Below, one piece after another: positions 57,766-64,000 of a DNA stretch of 64,000 nt. Location of the stretch: the IMG/VR virus record IMGVR_UViG_3300025154_001556, one strand, 5' to 3'. The notes under the pieces were generated by a model. That model was not told the origin of the DNA. It did not search any database and was given only the letters and a program-made list of their open reading frames with translations. Made by a program: the position numbers and the translations under genes. Origin of the DNA: a virus (lineage: Duplodnaviria; Caudoviricetes). Numbering within the stretch: position 1 is the first letter of the stretch; every line of letters starts with the position of its first letter.

Positions 57766-59985
57766 CTATAAATTTGTAGGCCATGGAAACACTACATTAG
57801 TTTTTTGTACACGCATACTAGGTTTAATTTCTATTGCTTGCGTTGACTTTTCACCAACCTCATGAGCATGTGTCTCAGGATCTTTTACGGCAACAACCCT
57901 GGTTATTACAGAACCTATACCCATTATCACGTCATCTAAATAGATACTTAAAGGCCTGGTGGCTTTAAATTCTATCTCATCTATATACACCTCGGTCATA
58001 TTAAAAGAATCAAACGGTATATAGATTCTTTGCCATTCTTCTATCAAACTACTGTTTAAATAATGCCTTAAACTTACGGCATTACCATTAATACTGCCTA
58101 CACTTTTTAAAGTAACTTCTATGTCCGCAGCTGCTGACCATTCTTGTAGGTTTAATTGCACCGCTATTAAGTCATACTCCTCAGTACTTATTGGGGGACC
58201 TATACGTATAAAACTAAATGAACTATTGGTTAACATACCAGAAGCGTCTAAACCATTTGTTCCTGATTTCATGGCATCCGGTGATTCTACACCAAAACCA
58301 CTATGCAACCAGTCGCCCCCTATATCTGCTACGCCAGTACCATTCCAAATATAGTAGTAGGCCTCTGTTGGACAAACAACATCAATTTCTTGTAATAAAC
58401 TGTCATTAGTTGTTGTGCCTGTACCATGTACATAGCCTATTATTCTATAAGAGCCTAATGAGGTAAAACATACCTTTTTTTCTTTTTGCTCTAAGCCTAC
58501 AGGGCTCTCCCATGTTAGTTCCCAAGAACCCTCATTATCTTTATACACTTCCCAATGATAGCCTGTCGTTGTTCCATCAGAAGAAGTACCAGTTATTTCT
58601 AATAAATAGTAGCATTCTACTGTGGTAATAGTAACATTTGTAGTAAATACCACATCATAACTTATAGTAGTGGTTTGGTTGTACCAACCATCATTCCAAT
58701 AGGCTGTTAATGTCACAATACCAGAATCTATCTGCGGGGTGTATTCAAAAACGTAGTCATGAGTGACATTGGTCGCTGTTGTTAAGTCCCCATCTTCATT
58801 ATATATCCAAGTATATCTATAACCATTTGGAGTATAAGTACCTACCCTATCGTAAGAAGTAGTTGTGTTAAGAAACTGCGCTTCTTCCGCAACTGTAACT
58901 TGGGCGGGAAACTGTGTAAAATCTACTAAGGGTCCGCCGAATAATCCTTGCTCTATTGGTATACTATAACTTATTACATGATCTTCAAAGTAGTCATTCC
59001 AATGTATATCTATACTTATTGTGTGTGTTCCTGGATTAGTAAAAGCACCTAATACGTTTGATTGTCCATACCAAGAAGTACCTAACCCCTCTGTATGGCT
59101 TATCACATCGTCTCTATTAGCAGAAACCAAAGTAGTTGTTGAACCAAAGGCCCCTGTGTCAATTATAGCCCAGTCTATACTAATTATTCTATTGTCTACA
59201 TCAGTACCTGTATATTCAAATGTTACTGGTGTATTTGGGTCCAATACAACACCTGATACTGCCTGATGACATGTTATAGCTGGAACAGGGGCATGATATA
59301 ATATCTGTATACTTTTGGTGTCACTTGTTACTGTGGCACATTCATCTTCTATATTTATATCTACATTATATATACCAGCAGTAGCCCATTGGTGTGTGGA
59401 GGATGCTACACCAGAAAGGTCTAATGTACTTGCTGTGTCGCCCCAAAAATAATCAGTATTTGTTATGGTATTTACTAATTGTATGTTTTCTCCATAACGG
59501 GTTCGCCAATGATTCATAGTGACGCCATTAAAATCCCAACTATGCACGTCATAAGAAGTGTTGGTAGTGGTATAATTAGTATTAACTAAACCCGTGGTTG
59601 GTAAACTCCATACAAGATTAGGTGCTATATTACTTTTTACTTGTATATCTAACGTATACACTGAACTACCATCTAAGGTAATTTCTGTTGCGCTCCATTG
59701 TTCTAGTAAAGAGCAGTCAGCATTTCTATCAGTAGTTGTGCCTTTCCAAAAAACTATTATTACTTTTGCATTATTTAGTGCCGCACCTTCTTGCCCTAAA
59801 AAAGCTTGATCTCCTAAATTAAAACTCCAATAAGAAGTAGATTCACAAATTCTAACATCATTCCACGTGGAAGCTGATGAAGCGGTACCATTGTTATAAA
59901 AGTATGCTTGGTATTTTATGGTAGCCCCTGATAAAGTAGCGTCCTCTAAGTAGGAAAAACCATTTATAGTAATGTTTAAAGCCAT
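57766..59985 (-). CDS. Virion accessory protein with PKD/Ig-like repeats and C-terminal CBM-like domain (739 aa)
   Basis: HQWATAGIYNVDINIED, FTNPGTHTISID, PLVDFTQFP...AQFLNTT (PKD-like); EWQRIYIPFDSF...IYLDDV (CBM11/CIA30-like). Confidence 0.6.
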   Translation of the reverse strand: MALNITINGFSYLEDATLSGATIKYQAYFYNNGTASSASTWNDVRICESTSYWSFNLGDQAFLGQEGAALNNAKVIIVFWKGTTTDRNADCSLLEQWSATEITLDGSSVYTLDIQVKSNIAPNLVWSLPTTGLVNTNYTTTNTSYDVHSWDFNGVTMNHWRTRYGENIQLVNTITNTDYFWGDTASTLDLSGVASSTHQWATAGIYNVDINIEDECATVTSDTKSIQILYHAPVPAITCHQAVSGVVLDPNTPVTFEYTGTDVDNRIISIDWAIIDTGAFGSTTTLVSANRDDVISHTEGLGTSWYGQSNVLGAFTNPGTHTISIDIHWNDYFEDHVISYSIPIEQGLFGGPLVDFTQFPAQVTVAEEAQFLNTTTSYDRVGTYTPNGYRYTWIYNEDGDLTTATNVTHDYVFEYTPQIDSGIVTLTAYWNDGWYNQTTTISYDVVFTTNVTITTVECYYLLEITGTSSDGTTTGYHWEVYKDNEGSWELTWESPVGLEQKEKKVCFTSLGSYRIIGYVHGTGTTTNDSLLQEIDVVCPTEAYYYIWNGTGVADIGGDWLHSGFGVESPDAMKSGTNGLDASGMLTNSSFSFIRIGPPISTEEYDLIAVQLNLQEWSAAADIEVTLKSVGSINGNAVSLRHYLNSSLIEEWQRIYIPFDSFNMTEVYIDEIEFKATRPLSIYLDDVIMGIGSVITRVVAVKDPETHAHEVGEKSTQAIEIKPSMRVQKTNVVFPWPTNL

Positions 59986-60404
59986 TATTCACCCCAAACT
60001 ATTTCCATAGAAATAGTATTCAATGACTTTATCCAAAAACCAGAAATCTCCTCGTTATCTCCATCCACAGTTACTAATTGAAAATTATGCGGACTACTTT
60101 CTGGAGTAACGCCTACAATATATGAATAGAATGCCTGCACATCCCCTATATAAGTATTACATACTTCTACTTTATTAGCACCATAAAGATCAATAATCTG
60201 ATCTATTACATAATTTTTAATTTTGGCCGTAGTAATCCCATCATGAATGTGTTTATGCTCAGCAACCGACCAGTAACCTTGGCGAACAGGGATAGATATG
60301 AGTTGCCACCCTGGCTCTAGCTCAATCGTGCCGTGCCCTACACTTGATATACTTTCTGCCGGAGCTAGCTGGTAACCGGCCCAAGATTGGTACCGCATAT
60401 CCAT
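59985..60404 (-). CDS. Hypothetical structural protein (139 aa)
   Basis: LEPGWQLISIP surface-protein-like motif; coupled ORF. Confidence 0.55.
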   Translation of the reverse strand: MDMRYQSWAGYQLAPAESISSVGHGTIELEPGWQLISIPVRQGYWSVAEHKHIHDGITTAKIKNYVIDQIIDLYGANKVEVCNTYIGDVQAFYSYIVGVTPESSPHNFQLVTVDGDNEEISGFWIKSLNTISMEIVWGE

Positions 60405-60935
60405 TTAGAACGGCCCTCCCATAAGATAAGGCACTGTATCAGTAGATGTTCTGTAATGCGCATGTACTGTGCCGGAAGCCACTGGGCTGCTCCAATCTGA
60501 GGCGTCATCAGATTTAATTTTAGTTATTACATAGTCTGTTTTATTTAATGGGACATTGCGTGCTGTTTGTGATGCGGTAGGTGTAGCATTCAATCTTAGG
60601 ACATCTTCTACTGATATGTTGTAATGTCTTGTGTTATTTACAATATTATATATGTTTTGTTCGTTTACTAATATTTCTTCACTCGATGTTAGAAAACCAG
60701 AACACGTAGCATAGCATATAAATATGCCCGCCTCATCTATGGAAACGGCTGTTTTATATAAACCAGCTTCTACCGTAGATTCAATCAGTGTACCATTTAT
60801 AGGAGGTATTAAGGCACTATCATCAATGCGACGCACGTCATAGTACACAGTTTCGCCTGATGCCAAACTGCTGTCTTCCTCATTAAATAAAGATACTAAT
60901 ATAGGAAAGTTTTCGCCAACATTAGCCCTGATCAT
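60405..60935 (-). CDS. Hypothetical Ig-like structural protein (176 aa)
   Basis: LIESTVEAGLYKT...EAGIFI beta-strand pattern; GGA RBS. Confidence 0.5.
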   Translation of the reverse strand: MIRANVGENFPILVSLFNEEDSSLASGETVYYDVRRIDDSALIPPINGTLIESTVEAGLYKTAVSIDEAGIFICYATCSGFLTSSEEILVNEQNIYNIVNNTRHYNISVEDVLRLNATPTASQTARNVPLNKTDYVITKIKSDDASDWSSPVASGTVHAHYRTSTDTVPYLMGGPF

Positions 60936-60944
60936 TTAAAGTCC

Positions 60945-61520
60945 TTAGTCCTTTTTCCAAACCACTTCAAATATAGATTCTAATAAGTCATCTGGTAATA
61001 TAAGTTTATCGATTGGTTTACTTGAGTATTTTGGATGCTCATAACATGTGTCAATAAATTCTGTGCATGACATCTCTTTTTCATCATTAAAATTAAATTC
61101 ATAATCATACCCTATATCTTTATATAGACAGTTAAATGCGTTTTTAATTGCGGTTACTGCTTTATTATTGTCAGGACAACGTAATATACATATGTCGTCA
61201 CAGCGTAAAAAAGTTAATATATCTTCCTTGTTTATGCCTTGCCCCAACATGTGGATAACATAGCCATCTCCAACATACAGGGCCGCGTGAGACCAGTATC
61301 CTGGAATTAAGATACTACCTAAGTAGTGATCATACCTTCTTAAAAGAACATCTCCTGGTTCAAGTACATTTAATACATAACGTGTATCTGGTCCTTTTAT
61401 ACTGTAAGAAGAATTACCAAAAAGTACAAACCCTCCTGCATATACACGTATATCAGAAAACCAAGCAATCAATGTGTTTTTAATTTTGTAAAAAATAGTT
61501 GAAAGTGTCATACTTATCAC
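60945..61520 (-). CDS. Permuted papain-like NlpC/P60 enzyme (YiiX/YebB-like)
   Basis: LEPGDVLL, YWSHAALYVG (His), YDYEF...EMSCTEF (Cys); His precedes Cys as in circularly permuted members. Confidence 0.85.
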   Translation of the reverse strand: MISMTLSTIFYKIKNTLIAWFSDIRVYAGGFVLFGNSSYSIKGPDTRYVLNVLEPGDVLLRRYDHYLGSILIPGYWSHAALYVGDGYVIHMLGQGINKEDILTFLRCDDICILRCPDNNKAVTAIKNAFNCLYKDIGYDYEFNFNDEKEMSCTEFIDTCYEHPKYSSKPIDKLILPDDLLESIFEVVWKKD

Positions 61521-61526
61521 CTTTTA

Positions 61527-62513
61527 TTATATGGAGCGTGCTCTATGCATACATAATATACTTGCCATTGACCAGTTATGATCTCCTGATATAGCCATAT
61601 TAGTGTCGGCTGTTACTTTTAATCTCATACCACTACCTACTTGATCAGTATCTGAGGAATTTAAAGCTATAAAACCATTTGATAATAGTGGTACTTTATT
61701 TATAAATCTGGCTAAGGTTACTTCTACTGTAAACATATTGTACCTACCATTACCATAAGGGGCGGGGGTGATGTTTTCGTAACGTTTGGTTACAGTATTC
61801 CAAGTAGCATCCCAGAAAGCTACTGGGGCGTTGTGTTGGTCATCGTCTGGTACATAAACTAAACCACCTGTGTGTGTGGTTATATCTGATGTAATTGCTA
61901 CTGTACCATTACCGGCGGCGGGGACTATTAAATAACCACCATATAAATTATAGTTAGTATTTGTTCCAACAGTGGTTGTTGTAACTCTTGGTACCACTTC
62001 CAGTGTTATTGTATCTAATAAAGCATCTTTCCATGTAATATAACCTTCATGTAACCATGTTTCATTTTCTACAATATTGAAATCTACATAAATAGGATCA
62101 GGGTCTGGATCACCAACAATATGATTAACAACTATTGGTGTACCGCCACCAACAAGTCGTGGATTTGTTGTATCATCACCTTCCCCAGTCCAATAAATGG
62201 CTGTACCTAATTTTCTTGAAGTTTGATGCACCCTTAATTTACCGGATAGGTCTCTATACTCATCTACTATACTTACATTAGAAAATTCTCCTAAACAATA
62301 CTTTATACCTTCAGTAGTAGGGAAAGTAGTCACACCGTTACTTACAGCAATGTCACCAACAGCTACTTTGGCCACCAATACTTCTGATTGTGCTACCTCA
62401 CGATCTGTTAAATAATCTGTAATAGTGGTAGTACTAGATGCTGGTATATTAAATCCACGTACATCTAATTCTATATCTTCTGTTGTAGTATTAGTTAATA
62501 TTATAGTAGTCAT
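61527..62513 (-). CDS. Virion accessory/collar-like protein (328 aa)
   Basis: Thr-rich beta protein; coupled to its neighbours. Confidence 0.5.
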   Translation of the reverse strand: MTTIILTNTTTEDIELDVRGFNIPASSTTTITDYLTDREVAQSEVLVAKVAVGDIAVSNGVTTFPTTEGIKYCLGEFSNVSIVDEYRDLSGKLRVHQTSRKLGTAIYWTGEGDDTTNPRLVGGGTPIVVNHIVGDPDPDPIYVDFNIVENETWLHEGYITWKDALLDTITLEVVPRVTTTTVGTNTNYNLYGGYLIVPAAGNGTVAITSDITTHTGGLVYVPDDDQHNAPVAFWDATWNTVTKRYENITPAPYGNGRYNMFTVEVTLARFINKVPLLSNGFIALNSSDTDQVGSGMRLKVTADTNMAISGDHNWSMASILCMHRARSI

Positions 62514-63010
62514 ATATCATATCTCCAAGCAGTTTCTACACGACATACAGTGTTAATAATAGCTGATGAACTTTTAGAAACATACACTTGTATTTTGTCG
62601 GTCGGTTCTATATTTAAATTCAAATCATTAATTAAAAATGTCCTATCAGCATTACCGTTATAACTAAAAGTATATATAGTAGCAGTATTTTTCTTTAACG
62701 CAAATTCTGTATAAGCATCTCCGGACTTACTTCTACAAAATATACCAAGTACAGTTGATGGCCTATTTGGCATGTACACATCATCTGTGTCATCTAAATC
62801 ACCTAATAAAGGTAAGTAAACACCTTTTGCGGCGCCTTTTCTTGCGTACTCAAATACCGGCTTTTCAGCAGATAACCATTTAGTTCTAACCACATCATAA
62901 CAATAAGTTATATTTGTGATTGGATCAATCCATAACATATCTCCTATTAAAGGCTGCCCCCCATAGGCTACCAGGCCTTTTGTATGCCTTTGGAAAATAC
63001 CCTTAGCCAT
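62510..63010 (-). CDS. Virion accessory protein (166 aa)
   Basis: GDMLWIDP...YCYDVVRTKWLS short motif seen in fibre-associated proteins; C-terminal beta-sandwich. Confidence 0.5.
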   Translation of the reverse strand: MAKGIFQRHTKGLVAYGGQPLIGDMLWIDPITNITYCYDVVRTKWLSAEKPVFEYARKGAAKGVYLPLLGDLDDTDDVYMPNRPSTVLGIFCRSKSGDAYTEFALKKNTATIYTFSYNGNADRTFLINDLNLNIEPTDKIQVYVSKSSSAIINTVCRVETAWRYDI

Positions 63011-63011
63011 T

Positions 63012-64000
63012 CTATATTACCTCCGTCAATATATCGAATGTTAGTAACAGTAAAATAGCGTCATTAACCATAGTATCAGCAGCGTCTGTGCTATCCCTGT
63101 ATATTCTAAAACTAACTGCGGCGTCTCTACTCAAAGGGCTATTAGCATCATTATAAGGTATATAAGAGACACATTTTAAAAAAGTGTCGGCCGAAGCATT
63201 GTCAGGTAGAGGCTTGTTTAGTACAACTGTTGAAATGGGTTTATTTTCTACTACATCTAAATCATTAAATACTTGGTACTCTAATGCCCATCTACAAGAT
63301 GTTGCACCTGTCTGAGAGTAGTCATTAAAAAAGCTTATTTTCATTAATATATCGGTGTTCCTTTTCCAATTAGACGGTATTTCAAAAGAACCATACATAG
63401 ACTCTTCTACGGTATCATCATAAGCTAATCCTGTTATAGGACATCCAGAGGCAGTAGTCTTATGTGGGAAATTGGTTATCCCTTCTGTTAAACTTCCGGC
63501 TCTAAATATCAGACTATACATATTATCCGCCGTGGATTTGGATATGCAACATGTTTCCGCGCCGGAAGAAAAATCTAACACTAATTTACCAAAATCAAGG
63601 TATCTTAGGTACATATCATTATCAACATTGTTTAATTGTACTGAAGGTGAAGCACTCCACTCTCTACCTAAGCCTTCTGTTTTAGGTCTATTCCAGTAAG
63701 TTACAGCAGCAGAATTAGCACCATAGTAAACATCAGAAGTTCCGAAAGCATCAAGATTCCACATCATAGCAGAAACAAAGCCGAAATTAAACAATTCTTG
63801 CCCATTACTATTACTGTTATCTATAATACCTACGGCCGCCATATTGACCCCGTATTCATATCTTTTTATGTTGGCTTTTGAACCTCTTGCTGCCCAATCA
63901 GTTTTAGATTCATAACCAGCAGTAGAGGTATAAGAAGCGGTGTTTATAGGAAAGCTTTCTAGAAGACACCAATCACTGGATGTAAGATTAGAGGTACCAG
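63012..64000 (-). CDS. C-terminal part of a fibre/collar-like protein that starts beyond the right edge
   Basis: The frame of the 276-aa track ORF stays open for 52 more codons to the window end (…GTSNLTSSDWCLLESF…YEYGVN-MAAVG), so 63842 is probably an internal Met. Confidence 0.7.
   Translation of the reverse strand, partial: GTSNLTSSDWCLLESFPINTASYTSTAGYESKTDWAARGSKANIKRYEYGVNMAAVGIIDNSNSNGQELFNFGFVSAMMWNLDAFGTSDVYYGANSAAVTYWNRPKTEGLGREWSASPSVQLNNVDNDMYLRYLDFGKLVLDFSSGAETCCISKSTADNMYSLIFRAGSLTEGITNFPHKTTASGCPITGLAYDDTVEESMYGSFEIPSNWKRNTDILMKISFFNDYSQTGATSCRWALEYQVFNDLDVVENKPISTVVLNKPLPDNASADTFLKCVSYIPYNDANSPLSRDAAVSFRIYRDSTDAADTMVNDAILLLLTFDILTEVI

Noticed and set aside
313-63699. Plus-strand ORFs in the track (for example 48238..49038, 34894..35391, 37495..37974) and short alternative-frame minus ORFs (43784..43987, 52152..52373)
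   Set aside because: They lie inside long minus-strand genes, have Ser/Leu/Phe-rich antisense composition and lack RBSs or motifs; treated as shadow ORFs.
1-64000. Stop-codon reassignment, tRNA or rRNA genes
   Set aside because: Standard code gives near-complete coding density including a 22.9-kb ORF; no cloverleaf or rRNA-like segment fits the short intergenic gaps.

Overview
64 kb from the virion morphogenesis region of a very large, AT-rich tailed phage. All credible genes are on the minus strand. In transcription order (right to left): collar/accessory proteins, a permuted papain-like (NlpC/P60) enzyme, a PKD/CBM-like protein, a free-standing GIY-YIG endonuclease, then head-tail adaptor, neck proteins, tail terminator, an internally duplicated major tail tube protein, two tail-chaperone-like genes, a 7618-aa tape measure protein (TMP), tail-tip/hub genes, an HNH endonuclease and about 20 kb of Ig-like/lectin-like appendage proteins. 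No tail sheath is recognisable, so the morphology is probably siphovirus-like. Main result: the N-terminal half of the TMP contains, in cellular rpoB-then-rpoC order, the core motifs of a two-barrel RNA polymerase (FED, K-x7-K, R-x-P, DFDGD, trigger-loop Q-x2-M-x3-H), followed by a PD-(D/E)XK nuclease, all upstream of a canonical TP901-type tape-measure core. This suggests one ejected polyprotein carrying a virion RNA polymerase, a nuclease and the tail ruler. A TMP-RNAP fusion has precedent (Thermus phage P23-45 gp96); I know of none with this size and an added nuclease. All assignments come from motif reading and gene order; no database search was run.
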